Shown piece after piece: positions 9,315-18,614 of a DNA stretch of 64,000 nt (its first letter is position 1; every line of letters starts with the position of its first letter). Below the pieces are notes generated by a model. That model had not been told where the DNA came from and did no database searches. It saw only the letters and a program-made list of their open reading frames with translations. Location: contig JBIOXV010000157.1 of assembly GCA_044869805.1 (NCBI GenBank), positions 9,752-73,751 of the forward strand. The letters run 5' to 3'. The translations under genes and the position numbers were made by a program. Source of the DNA: Thermoanaerobaculia bacterium. Lineage in GTDB: Bacteria; Acidobacteriota; Thermoanaerobaculia; Multivoradales; SZUA-115.

Positions 9315-10954
9315 TGCGCAGCTTCCCCCTGCTCGTCGCCGGCAGTGACGTCGCAGGTAGCGGCTGGACCTACACGGCGCGCGCCTCCGCCTTCCTCCGC
9401 GAGCGGGACAAGACCTTCAACCGCAAGCGCCAGCTCGACCTCGGCGAGGAGCCCACGGCCGCCGACGACGAGATCATCGCCGGCCGTTGCGCCTGGGACG
9501 ACGGCGAGCTCAACCAGCGGGCGCTCACCGCCGCCGCGGCGGCGGCAAAGGAGTACGGCCGCTTCCCCCTCGCCCGCCGGCGCGAGATCTTCGACCGCAT
9601 CATGCAGCACATCCGCGACCACGCCGCCGGCCTGGTCGAGGTGCTGATCGCCGAGGGCCATCCCCGGCGGCTGGCGGAGTGGGAGACCGCCGGCCTGATC
9701 CGCGGCGCCGACGCGCGGACTCTCGACTGGCTCGAGCAGCAGATGCACCAGGAGTTCGCCGACGGCCTGCGCCGCGTGCGGCTGGCCCGCAAGCCCGACG
9801 GCGTAGTGTGCGTCAACCCGCCGCAGAACGCCGCGGCCTCCAACTCCGCGCTCGGCCTGTACGCGCTGTTTGCCGGCAACACGCTGGTGGTCAAGGCGCC
9901 GCGGAGCTGCCCGCTGGGCGTGATGTACCTCTACCGCGACCTGGTCGCCCCGGTGCTCGACGCCTGCGGGGCTCCGCCCGGCACCCTCAACGTGGTGAGC
10001 GGCAAGAGCCAGAAGATCACCCGCGAGTGGCTGAAGAGCGAGCTGGTGAACGACGTGCTGTTCTTCGGCGACAGCCGCGTCGGCCTCAAGCTCGGCGCCG
10101 ACTGCATCGCCGCCGGCAAGAAGCCGATCCTCGAGCTGTCGGGCAACGACGCCCTGGTGGTGTGGCGGGACGCCGACCTCGCGGAGGCGGCCGAGGCCCT
10201 GCTCGAGGGCTTCTACGGCTCGGGCCAGATCTGCATGGTCCCCAAGCACGCCATCGTCCATCCCGCGGTGGCGGAGGAGTTCCAGCGGCTGTTCGTGGCC
10301 CGGGCGCGGGAGCTGCGGCCCGGCTACCCCGAGGACCCGACCGTGCTGCTCTCCCCGGTGCTCAAGGCCGACCGCTTCTTCGAGCTGCTGCAGGACGCCA
10401 CGGCGCAGAAGGTTTCCATGCTCACCGGCGGCCGGCGCATCGACATCGACGGCGAGCCGGCTTACGACGGCTTCTTCTTCGAGCCCACCGTGCTGCGCGT
10501 CGACGGCCTCGAGCTGGCCGACACGCTGCGCTGCGTGCGCGAGGAGACCTTCTTCCCCCTGCTCCCCCTGGTGGTGCCCCGGCCGCGGCCCGATGCCGAG
10601 CTGATCGAGGAGATCGCGGGCTTCATGAACCGCAATCCGTACGGGCTGCGCAACTCGGTGTGGGCGAGCGACCCCGAGGTGCTCGAGGCGCTGGCGGCGC
10701 GGGTGAACAACGGCGGCCAGCTCAAGTTCAACGAGTCGCACATCGGCTTCTCGCCCTATGTGGCCACCCACGGCGGGACCGGGCTGACCGGAGGGGTGTT
10801 CGGTGAGCTCAACTACGTGGCGCTGCGCACCACCCGCCTGCAGGCGATCTGCTTCGGCCTCGGCCAGGTCGAGGAGGAGAGCCGGCGGTTCCCGGCGGGC
10901 GAAGTGGCGGTAGGCTGGGGCCCCGAGGGAGGGGCCACCTATGTCGCTGGCTGA
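9314..10954 (+). CDS. aldehyde dehydrogenase superfamily protein (atypical)
   Basis: ATG 9314 overlaps the trpB2 stop (TGATG). ALDH core has ELSGND in place of ELGGK. Catalytic Cys context GSGQICMVPKH. Confidence 0.75.
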   Translation: MRSFPLLVAGSDVAGSGWTYTARASAFLRERDKTFNRKRQLDLGEEPTAADDEIIAGRCAWDDGELNQRALTAAAAAAKEYGRFPLARRREIFDRIMQHIRDHAAGLVEVLIAEGHPRRLAEWETAGLIRGADARTLDWLEQQMHQEFADGLRRVRLARKPDGVVCVNPPQNAAASNSALGLYALFAGNTLVVKAPRSCPLGVMYLYRDLVAPVLDACGAPPGTLNVVSGKSQKITREWLKSELVNDVLFFGDSRVGLKLGADCIAAGKKPILELSGNDALVVWRDADLAEAAEALLEGFYGSGQICMVPKHAIVHPAVAEEFQRLFVARARELRPGYPEDPTVLLSPVLKADRFFELLQDATAQKVSMLTGGRRIDIDGEPAYDGFFFEPTVLRVDGLELADTLRCVREETFFPLLPLVVPRPRPDAELIEEIAGFMNRNPYGLRNSVWASDPEVLEALAARVNNGGQLKFNESHIGFSPYVATHGGTGLTGGVFGELNYVALRTTRLQAICFGLGQVEEESRRFPAGEVAVGWGPEGGATYVAG

Positions 10955-11477
10955 CCCGATCACCCTGCCGCGCGCTGGCGCGGACGACCCGGTGGTGCAG
11001 AAGTTCCGCCGCCAGGTGAAGAACCCGTTCCTGATCCGCGCCTTCCTGCTGTTCAAGATGCCCCTGGGCTTCGTCGCCGGGCTGCGGGTGCGATCGATCG
11101 ACACCGAGCGCTGCGCGACCACACTGGCCCCCGGCTGGCGCACCAACAACCCCTTCCGCTCGACCTACTTCGCCGCCCTGTCGATGGCGGCCGAGCTCTC
11201 CTGTGGCGCTCTCTCGATGCTGGCCGTCCGCCTGGCGCCGGTGCCGGTGAGCATGCTGATCGTCGGCCTGCGGGCCGAGTTCGTGAAGAGGGCGACAGCC
11301 CGCGTCACCTTCACCTGCGAGGACGGCGCCAAGCTCTTCGCGGCGATCCGCGAGACGATCCAGACCGGCGAGCAGGTGCGGACCGAGGTCGAGACGGTCG
11401 GGCGGCTGGCCGACGGGACGGAGGTGGCGCGGATCACCTTCTCCTGGTCCTTCAAGCGACGGGCCGCCGCGGGCTGA
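10941..11477 (+). CDS. DUF4442/PaaI-like hotdog-fold protein
   Basis: 14-nt overlap with the upstream ALDH, with a GGAGGGG RBS. The pattern NPFRSTYFAALSMAAELSCG...FTC..G..V is typical of DUF4442 thioesterase-like proteins. Confidence 0.6.
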   Translation: MSLADPITLPRAGADDPVVQKFRRQVKNPFLIRAFLLFKMPLGFVAGLRVRSIDTERCATTLAPGWRTNNPFRSTYFAALSMAAELSCGALSMLAVRLAPVPVSMLIVGLRAEFVKRATARVTFTCEDGAKLFAAIRETIQTGEQVRTEVETVGRLADGTEVARITFSWSFKRRAAAG

Positions 11478-11488
11478 TCCCGGCTCGC

Positions 11489-13264
11489 ATGACCACCACC
11501 ATCCCCGCCCGCCTCGCCGATCACGCCCGAGAGGCCCCTGACGACCCTGCCTTGTTCCGCCGGGCCGGCGAAGGCTGGCAGGCGACGAGCTGGCGCCAGC
11601 TCGCGGGCGAGGTACGCCGGGCCGCCAAGGCCCTCCTGCACCTGGGCTTCGAGCGTGGAGACCACCTCGCGATCCTCGGCGGGAACCGCCCGGAGTGGGC
11701 GGTCAGCGCGCTGGCGGCGATGACCGCGGGCGGGGCGCCGGCCGGCATCTACACCACCAGCTCGCCCGATCAGATCGGCTACATCCTGGGCCACGCCGAG
11801 TGCCCCCTGGTGGTGGTCGAGAACCGCGAGCAGTGGGAGAAGGTGGCGCCGCTCGTCCCCGGCCTGCCGCGCCTGAAGCGGATCGTCTTGATGCAGGCCG
11901 GCGATGCGGCCGACACCCCGGGGAGCCTCTCCTGGGACGAGTTCCTGCGCCTTGGCGAGGGCGTGCCGGACGCCGACCTCGATCAGCGCCTGGCCTCGCT
12001 CTCCGGGGAAGAGGTGGCGACGCTGATCTACACCTCCGGCACCACCGGCCCGCCGAAGGCAGCCATGCTGTCGCACGCCAACCTGGTGGCGACCGCGCGC
12101 CTGGGGTTCAGCGTTTTCGGCGCCGAGCGCGGCGACCGCGCGTTCTCGTACCTGCCGCTGGCGCACGTCGCCGAGCAGATGTTCTCCATCCACATCCCGG
12201 TGTACTTCGGCTACGCGGTGTACTACTGCGCGGCGCTGGACCGCCTCGCCGTGGACTTGCCGACGGTCCAGCCGACGATCTTCTTCGGCGTGCCGCGGGT
12301 CTTCGAGCGCATCCATGCCGCCCTGCTCGAAAAGACCCGGGACCTCTCCGGGGTCAAACGCCGGCTGCTCGACTGGACGCTGGCGACGGGGCGCAAAGTC
12401 GCGGCGGCGAAGAACCGCGGCCGGCGCCCCGGGCCCTGGCTCGCCCTGCAGCAGCGCATCACCGACCGGCTGCTAGCGGCCAAGGTGCGTACCAAGCTCG
12501 GGCTCGGCAAGGTCCGCGTCTGCGCCTGCGGCGCGGCACCGATCGCGGCCGAGGTGCTGGAGCTCTTCGCCGGTCTGGGGGTGATCCTCTACGAGGTCTA
12601 CGGGCAGACCGAGGTCTGCGGGCCGACCACCTGGAACCGGCCCGGCCACACCCGCCTGGGCAGCGTCGGCCCCGCCCTGCCGGAGGTCGAGGTGCGGCTG
12701 GCCGAAGACGGCGAGGTCCTGGTGCGGGGCCCCAACGTGTTCCTGGGCTACTTCAAGGACCCCGCCGCCACCGCCGAGGCGCTGCGCGACGGCTGGCTCT
12801 GCTCGGGCGACCTGGGCAGGCTCGACGAAGACGGCTTCCTCTACATCACCGGCCGCAAGAAGGAGCTGCTGATCACCTCCAACGGCAAGAACGTGGCCCC
12901 CAACAACCTCGAGTCCCGGCTCAAGAACGCGGCGCTGATCGCCGAGGCGGTAGTGGTCGGCGATCGCCGGCACTACCTCACGGCGCTCGTCACCCTCGAT
13001 CCCGAGGTCGCCGGCCGGCTCGCCGCCGAGCACCGCCTCGACGGCGACCGCGGCCACGACCAGCCGCTGTTCCAGGAGAAGGTGCAGGAGGTCGTCGACG
13101 AGGTGAACCGCGGCTTCTCCCGCGCCGAGAACATCCGCAAGTTCCGCATCCTGCCCGGCAGCCTGACCATCGCGGCGGGTGAGCTGACTCCGACGCTGAA
13201 GGTCCGCCGCCAGGTGGTCTACGAGAAGTACTCCGGGCTGATCGACGAGATGTACGCCGAGTGA
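11489..13264 (+). CDS. long-chain acyl-CoA synthetase (AMP-forming)
   Basis: AMP-binding motif LIYTSGTTGPPKAAMLSHANL; also YGQTE, GDLGRLDEDGFLYITGRKKELLITSNGKNVAP and TPTLKVRR. Confidence 0.85.
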   Translation: MTTTIPARLADHAREAPDDPALFRRAGEGWQATSWRQLAGEVRRAAKALLHLGFERGDHLAILGGNRPEWAVSALAAMTAGGAPAGIYTTSSPDQIGYILGHAECPLVVVENREQWEKVAPLVPGLPRLKRIVLMQAGDAADTPGSLSWDEFLRLGEGVPDADLDQRLASLSGEEVATLIYTSGTTGPPKAAMLSHANLVATARLGFSVFGAERGDRAFSYLPLAHVAEQMFSIHIPVYFGYAVYYCAALDRLAVDLPTVQPTIFFGVPRVFERIHAALLEKTRDLSGVKRRLLDWTLATGRKVAAAKNRGRRPGPWLALQQRITDRLLAAKVRTKLGLGKVRVCACGAAPIAAEVLELFAGLGVILYEVYGQTEVCGPTTWNRPGHTRLGSVGPALPEVEVRLAEDGEVLVRGPNVFLGYFKDPAATAEALRDGWLCSGDLGRLDEDGFLYITGRKKELLITSNGKNVAPNNLESRLKNAALIAEAVVVGDRRHYLTALVTLDPEVAGRLAAEHRLDGDRGHDQPLFQEKVQEVVDEVNRGFSRAENIRKFRILPGSLTIAAGELTPTLKVRRQVVYEKYSGLIDEMYAE

Positions 13265-13276
13265 CGGCCGACGCGG

Positions 13277-14023
13277 ATGAGCCGCCTCAAGCGAGAGCTT
13301 ACCTACGGAGTGCTGCTGGCCGCCAAGGCGTTCAGCCACACCTTCTTCCGCACCGAGGTCGAGTGGATCGGCGGCCGGCCGGAGGACCCCTGGGAGGGCA
13401 TCCGGCTGGCGGCGATCATCAACCACACCAGCCTCTACGAATGGCTCTTCGCCGCCGTGCCTCCACGCCGCTTCCTCCGCCGGCTGGCACTCGACGGCTT
13501 GCTGCCCTCCGCCGACAAGACGATGCAGCGCCCGGTGGTGGGCACCTTCTTCCAGTTCCTGGCCGGCAAGGTGGTCACCGTCACCCGCGAGCGGGACCGC
13601 ACCTGGGAGGAGGTGCTGGCCAGCATCCGGCCCGAAAGCCTGGTGCTGCTCGCCCCCGAGGGCCGCATGAAGCGGGCCAACGGCCTCGACCTCTTCGGCC
13701 GGCCGATGACCATCCGCGGCGGCATCGCCGACATCCTCCAGATCCTGGGCGAGGGCCGCATGCTGCTCGCCTACAGCCAGGGCCTACACCACGTGCAGGT
13801 CCCGGGGCAGCTCGTGCCAAAGCTGTTCAAGACCCTCCGCATCTCGCTCGAGGCGCTGGAGATCGACGCCTATCTGCGTTCGCTCGGCGAGCCGCTCGGC
13901 AGCCAGGAGCTCAAGCGAGCGGTCAAGGCGGACCTCCAGCGCCGGCGGGACCTCTACTGCCCGGAGGACGAGAGCAGCCGCCTGCGCCGGCTGCCGGCCG
14001 GAGTGGAGGAGCCCAGCTCTTGA
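13277..14023 (+). CDS. PlsC/LPLAT-family acyltransferase-like protein
   Basis: NHTSLYE (HX4D-like block with E) and LLAPEGRMKR (PEG block). The start lies 12 nt after the ligase. Confidence 0.55.
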   Translation: MSRLKRELTYGVLLAAKAFSHTFFRTEVEWIGGRPEDPWEGIRLAAIINHTSLYEWLFAAVPPRRFLRRLALDGLLPSADKTMQRPVVGTFFQFLAGKVVTVTRERDRTWEEVLASIRPESLVLLAPEGRMKRANGLDLFGRPMTIRGGIADILQILGEGRMLLAYSQGLHHVQVPGQLVPKLFKTLRISLEALEIDAYLRSLGEPLGSQELKRAVKADLQRRRDLYCPEDESSRLRRLPAGVEEPSS

Positions 14024-14220
14024 CGCGCCGCCCCTGCTGCGGCAAGCTAGCGGCAGCGGCGTCGATCCACGCCCAACCTCGTCAGGCCCTCCCCCAGCGA
14101 GGGCGCTCCGGAGGCAAAGGGGGGCATACTCCCGGGTCAAAAGTCACGAAGCCTTCGCACCGCCGCGTGGGCCGAGCCGCTGGGGGGCTTAGCTACCGGC
14201 GTGTACGAAGGAGATTCGTG

Positions 14221-14931
14221 ATGCCCCAGCACAAAGACCTCAAGCGCCTGACCCGTTCTCGCATGGCGAAGACGGGTGAGTCCTATACCTCCGCCCGTTC
14301 CGTGCTCCTGGCCAAGAAGGCGCGCGCGGCCGCGCCGCCGCCGGCCGCGAAGCCGGCGCAGAAACCGCTGGAGAAGCCCGACTACGCCGCCCTCGCCGGG
14401 ATGAGCGACGAGGCCGTCGCCGCCAAGACCGGCTGCACCTGGGACAAGTGGGTCCGCTCCCTGGATGCCCACGACATGGCGTCCAAGCCCCACCGGGAGA
14501 TCGCCGAGTTCGTCCACGAGAAGTACAAGATCCCCGGCTGGTGGGCGCAGAACGTCACCGTGGGCTACGAGCGCATCAAGGGCCTGCGCGAGAAGGGCCA
14601 ACGGCGAGACGGCGGCTACGAGGCCAGCAAGAGCAAGACCGTGGCGGTGCCCGTCGCGCGGCTGTACCGCGCCTTCCGCGACAAGCGCCTGCGGGAGCGC
14701 TGGCTGCCCGGGATCGAGCTCACCGTGCGCACCGCGACCCCCGAGCGGTCAATGCGCGTCACCTGGGACGACGGCACCTCGCTCGAGATCGGGTTCTTTC
14801 CCAAGGGCGACGACAAGAGCCAGGTCGCGATCTCGCACGTGAAGCTTGCGAGCAAGGCCGACGCGGAAGCCCGCAAGGCCTTCTGGGCCGAGCGCCTCGC
14901 GGCCCTGACCGAGCTCCTGACCAGCGGCTAG
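14221..14931 (+). CDS. hypothetical protein with C-terminal SRPBCC/AHSA1-like domain
   Basis: ATG 14221 preceded by GAAGGAG. N-terminal KRLTRSRMAKTGESYTSARS motif. The C-terminal 130 aa (VPVARLYRAF..RERW..RVTWDDGTSLEIGF...) are SRPBCC-like. Confidence 0.55.
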   Translation: MPQHKDLKRLTRSRMAKTGESYTSARSVLLAKKARAAAPPPAAKPAQKPLEKPDYAALAGMSDEAVAAKTGCTWDKWVRSLDAHDMASKPHREIAEFVHEKYKIPGWWAQNVTVGYERIKGLREKGQRRDGGYEASKSKTVAVPVARLYRAFRDKRLRERWLPGIELTVRTATPERSMRVTWDDGTSLEIGFFPKGDDKSQVAISHVKLASKADAEARKAFWAERLAALTELLTSG

Positions 14932-14941
14932 CACCTACCCG

Positions 14942-14978
14942 GCCGGCACCTCTCGCCGAGTGCGCGAGGTGCCGGCCC
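14942..14978 (+). terminator. GC-rich hairpin after the SRPBCC gene
   Basis: Perfect 12-bp stem GGCCGGCACCTC / GAGGTGCCGGCC with a 13-nt loop, 11 nt after the stop. There is no U-tract. Confidence 0.45.
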
Positions 14979-15027
14979 GTGTGTCCTCGGTAGCTCAGGG
15001 ACTAGAATCCGCCCAGGAGGCACCGCC

Positions 15028-15234
15028 ATGCGCAGAGTCTTCACGCTCGAGTACTGGCCTGATTCAAGCGGTTTCGTAGGCCGGCTGCAGGAAGTGCCCG
15101 GGGTGTTCAGCCAGGGCGACACGCTCTCCGAGCTCGAAGAGAACATCCGCGATGCGTATCACTTAGTCCTCGAGGACGATCTGGAAAACCCGCGCGCGGA
15201 CGCGCAGGTGAAGCAGATCGAGGTCGAGGTTTGA
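15028..15234 (+). CDS. hicB: HicB-family antitoxin (short UPF0150 form)
   Basis: 68 aa: FTLEYWPDSSGFVGRLQEVPGVFSQGDTLSELEENIRDAYHLVLED. AGGAGG RBS. Confidence 0.8.
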   Translation: MRRVFTLEYWPDSSGFVGRLQEVPGVFSQGDTLSELEENIRDAYHLVLEDDLENPRADAQVKQIEVEV

Positions 15235-15410
15235 AGCGCAGCGAGCTTCTGCGAGAGCTCCATCGCGCCGGCTGCCATCTGCACCGCCATGGTGGGCGAC
15301 ACGACCTCTACCTGAACCCGACGAACGGCAAGAAGGCGCCGATCCCTCGCCACAACGAGATCAAGAACAGTCTCTGCGAGCTGATCCGCAAGCAGCTCGG
15401 CCTGGCTTGA
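15231..15410 (+). CDS. hicA: HicA-family mRNA interferase toxin (59 aa, not in the ORF track)
   Basis: TTG 15231 overlaps the hicB stop (TTGA). Hand translation: LKRSELLRELHRAGCHLHRHGGRHDLYLNPTNGKKAPIPRHNEIKNSLCELIRKQLGLA, which matches the HicA pattern. Confidence 0.7.
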   Translation: MKRSELLRELHRAGCHLHRHGGRHDLYLNPTNGKKAPIPRHNEIKNSLCELIRKQLGLA

Positions 15411-17370
15411 GCGTTAGCCTCGCTTCCGGCCTCAGTTCTCCATCTCGTTCGGCCGGCTCCGGCCCGGCGCCGTGGCTCGGTGGGGGCGGCGCGCGCTCGA
15501 CATGGATCGTGATTGGCGTCGCGTCCCCGCGGTTGCCGGCGCGGTCGAAGGCGCGGGCCGTGATCTGGTGCGGCCCCTCGGGGTGGAACGCCGCGTGCCA
15601 GTAGAGCTCGTAGGGCGGCTCGCGATCGGTGGCCCGTAACCGGCGGTCGACGTAGAAGTCCACCCGCTCCACGGCGCGGTTGTCGTGCGCCTCGGCCGTG
15701 GCCACCAGGCGGCCCGAGACCACCGCGCCGTCCTCCGGGGTCAGGATCGCGACGACCGGCGGCCTGCGGTCGATGAACACCTCGACGGGAGCGGACTCGG
15801 TGCGGTTGCCGCAGCGATCGGTGAGCGCCACCTGCAGGCGGTGCGGCCCGGTGGGGAAGGCGGCGGTGTCGAAGATGAGCTGGAAGGGCGGCGGCGGCCG
15901 GCCCACGATGCGGCGGCCGTCGACCAGCAGGGCAGCGTCCGAGAAGCCCAGGTTGTCGCGGAAGAAGTAGAGCACCGAGTGCGCACCGGTCAGGTCGGTG
16001 CCGGGGGAGGGGAAGGTGATCTCGACCCGCGGCGGGTCGAAGTCGTTGCACATCGCGGCTGGCAGCACGCGGGCATCGGTGCGGTGCACGGCGACGTTCA
16101 GGATCTCGACCGTGAGCTGCACTACGCGGTCGCGGGCGTCGGGGTACTGGTGCCGTGCCCGGCAGCTCGTGCCCTCCTCGCCGCTGCCGTCCCCGAAGTC
16201 CCAGCGGCAGACGGCCGGGCTGAAGGGGTTGCCCGTCCACTCCGTGGCCTCGAGGTCGCAGACCAGGCCCTCGCACACCGCGGCGATGGGGAGCTCCAGC
16301 GGGTCGCGGGTGGCGGCGGGGAAGGGGAGAGTGGCGAAGTACGTGGGCACGATCAGCTTCGGCGTGCGGTCGACGCGGAACAGGCCGCGGCTCTCGGTGC
16401 CCGGCTGGTCGCTCAACTGGAAGAGGAAGGCCCGCGCCGGCACCAGCAGGTCGCAGCGGCCGCTCCAGACCTCGAGCAAGGAGAGCACGCGGCCGCGCTG
16501 GCCGCCCTCGCCGACGCGGTTGGTCTTCCAGCCCAGCTCGGTGATCCACACCGGCTTGCCGGCGCTCGACGGGTGGCGCGCGGCGAGGGCCGCGAGCTGC
16601 TCGTTGGCGCGGCCCTCGACCTCCGCCGCCGGCTCGTTGTCGATGGCGTTGGCGTGGAACGACACGGCGTCGAGGATGCTGCCGGCCGGCGCGCCGCCGG
16701 CGAGGGGCTCCTCGAGCTGAGCGAAGACCTGCTCCGTGCGCGAGTCCGCCTCGCTCGAGGTGGCTGGCCCGACGATGAGCGTACCCGGCGCCTCGGCGCG
16801 GATCACCTCGGCCGCGGCCCGCAGGTAGTCCAGGTAGCGCGGCGGCTCGAAGTGGCTGCGCGCCCAGCCCACGCCGATGTCGTGATCGAAGAAATTGGGC
16901 TCGTTCCAGATCTCGTAGGCCGCCACCCGGCCGCGGTAGCGGCTCGCTACTTGACGCACGAATTCCTGCCACAGGCCAACGTCTTCTGGCGGGCGAGTGC
17001 CGTTGGCGTTGCTTCCCGCCCACTCCGGCGCGGTGGAGAGGATGGCGAGGAGCTTCACGCCCGCGGCCTCCGCCGCCGCCACCACCGCGTCCGTGTGCCG
17101 GAAGTCCCAGACGCCGGGAGCGGGCTCGATCAGTGCCCAGCGAAAGGTCGAGCGCATCCAGCCCAGGCGAGCCGAGCGCGCGAGCGCGGCGTCGTCCCCG
17201 TTCACGCCGAGCCCGACGGAGTGGAAGCAGCGCGGCTCTTGCGCCACCGCGGGGTCGGGCAGACCGACCCCGGCAACGAGGGCCAAGAGCGTCAGCGCCC
17301 AGGGCAGCAGGCGCGGGGGCACCGCGGAGGGGAGAGGTGTGACGGCGATCGGGCGGGGCCGGATCATCAT
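15361..17370 (-). CDS. secreted clan GH-A (GH5/GH39-like) glycoside hydrolase with PKD and Ig-like domains
   Basis: Start ATGATG at 17370 gives a signal peptide. Acid/base motif YEIWNEPN and nucleophile motif VWITELGW. PKD motif CRWDFGDGSG...HQY. Two Ig-like repeats. The longer track ORF to 18075 runs antisense to deoC and is rejected. Confidence 0.75.
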   Translation of the reverse strand: MMIRPRPIAVTPLPSAVPPRLLPWALTLLALVAGVGLPDPAVAQEPRCFHSVGLGVNGDDAALARSARLGWMRSTFRWALIEPAPGVWDFRHTDAVVAAAEAAGVKLLAILSTAPEWAGSNANGTRPPEDVGLWQEFVRQVASRYRGRVAAYEIWNEPNFFDHDIGVGWARSHFEPPRYLDYLRAAAEVIRAEAPGTLIVGPATSSEADSRTEQVFAQLEEPLAGGAPAGSILDAVSFHANAIDNEPAAEVEGRANEQLAALAARHPSSAGKPVWITELGWKTNRVGEGGQRGRVLSLLEVWSGRCDLLVPARAFLFQLSDQPGTESRGLFRVDRTPKLIVPTYFATLPFPAATRDPLELPIAAVCEGLVCDLEATEWTGNPFSPAVCRWDFGDGSGEEGTSCRARHQYPDARDRVVQLTVEILNVAVHRTDARVLPAAMCNDFDPPRVEITFPSPGTDLTGAHSVLYFFRDNLGFSDAALLVDGRRIVGRPPPPFQLIFDTAAFPTGPHRLQVALTDRCGNRTESAPVEVFIDRRPPVVAILTPEDGAVVSGRLVATAEAHDNRAVERVDFYVDRRLRATDREPPYELYWHAAFHPEGPHQITARAFDRAGNRGDATPITIHVERAPPPPSHGAGPEPAERDGELRPEARLTLKPGRAACGSARRDCS

Positions 17371-17533
17371 GAGCTCGGGCGACGAAGGCTGCGTTCTCCA
17401 ACGGAGACGGCGGTCTGGATATTCCGTTAAAGCATATCGAGTTCTCGCACGGTGCCCCACGGTGCCCGCACTCCATGACGCGCGATCCGAAACCGTGCTG
17501 ATACACTGGCCGCTCCCAAGGCCCTCTTCACCC

Positions 17534-18565
17534 ATGGCCCTCCAGGATATCCGCCACCGACCGACGCTGGCCGCACCGCTGCGCGAGGCCCGCACCGGCG
17601 AGCGCGAGGAGGCCCCGGAGCTGCGCAACCCCGGCACCGCGCTCGAGCTCGACTGGGTGCGCGAGGTGCGGGTCAACCTCTCCGCGGTCGAGCGGCGGGC
17701 GGCGACGCTGCCCAAGCGCCGCACGGTCAAGAAGCAGTGGCAGGCGGCCTGGTACCTGCGGGCCATCACCTGCATGGATCTGACGACCCTCGCCGGCGAC
17801 GACACCCCGGGCCGGGTGCGGCGGCTGTGCGCCAAGGCGCGCCGTCCCGTGCGCCAGGACCTGCTCGAGGCCCTGGGCGTCGCGCACTTGCCGATCCGGG
17901 TGGCGGCAATCTGCGTGTACCACGCCATGATCGGCGTGGCGCGCGAGGCGCTCGAGGGCTCGGGCATCCCGGTGTGCGCCGTGTCGGCCGGCTTCCCCGC
18001 GGGTTTGAACCCCCTCGAGCAGCGGCTGGCCGAGATCCACGCCTCGGTGGCGGCGGGCGCACAAGAGATCGACATCGTGGTCTCGCGCGCCCACGTGCTG
18101 AACGGCGACTGGCAGGCCCTCTACGACGAGGTCAAGGCCTTTCGCGACGCCTGCGGCCCGGCACACTTGAAGGCCATCCTCGCGACCGGCGAGCTCGGCA
18201 CGCTGCGCAACGTGGCGCGGGCGAGCTGGGTGGCGATGATGGCGGGGGCCGACTTCATCAAGACCTCGACCGGCAAAGAGAAGGTCAACGCCACGCTGCC
18301 GGTGTCGCTCACCATGGTGCGGGCGATCCGCGAGTACCGCGAACGCACCGGGCACCGCGTGGGCTTCAAGCCGGCCGGCGGCATCTCGACCGCGCGCCAG
18401 GCGACCGACTGGCTGGCGCTGATGAAGGAAGAGCTGGGCGACGCCTGGATGCGGCCCGGTCTCTTCCGCCTCGGCGCCTCGAGCCTCTTGGCCGACCTCG
18501 AGCGCCAGCTCGAACACCACGCTACCGGAAGGTACTCGGCCTCCTTCCGGCACCCGATGGCTTAG
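17534..18565 (+). CDS. deoC: deoxyribose-phosphate aldolase (long form)
   Basis: ICVYH, EIDIVV and the Schiff-base lysine block ADFIKTSTGK, plus GFKPAGGI. Confidence 0.8.
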   Translation: MALQDIRHRPTLAAPLREARTGEREEAPELRNPGTALELDWVREVRVNLSAVERRAATLPKRRTVKKQWQAAWYLRAITCMDLTTLAGDDTPGRVRRLCAKARRPVRQDLLEALGVAHLPIRVAAICVYHAMIGVAREALEGSGIPVCAVSAGFPAGLNPLEQRLAEIHASVAAGAQEIDIVVSRAHVLNGDWQALYDEVKAFRDACGPAHLKAILATGELGTLRNVARASWVAMMAGADFIKTSTGKEKVNATLPVSLTMVRAIREYRERTGHRVGFKPAGGISTARQATDWLALMKEELGDAWMRPGLFRLGASSLLADLERQLEHHATGRYSASFRHPMA

Positions 18566-18589
18566 AGCCTCCTCCGACAGCGCTACAAT
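18562..18589 (+). promoter_or_regulatory. candidate own promoter of the TIR-NB-ARC gene
   Basis: TTAGAG (18562-18567), 16 nt, TACAAT (18584-18589), about 25 nt before ATG 18615 with a GGAAGGGAAAG RBS. Confidence 0.35.
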
Positions 18590-18614
18590 CCCTCCGCAAT
18601 AGCGGAAGGGAAAG

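Noticed and set aside
14990-15010. GGTAGCTCAGGGACTAGAATCC resembles a tRNA D-arm (GTAGCTCAG).
   Set aside because: No acceptor stem, anticodon arm or T-arm (GTTCRANYC) can be built around it. It overlaps a TAGAAT -10-like element upstream of hicB. At most it is a tRNA remnant.
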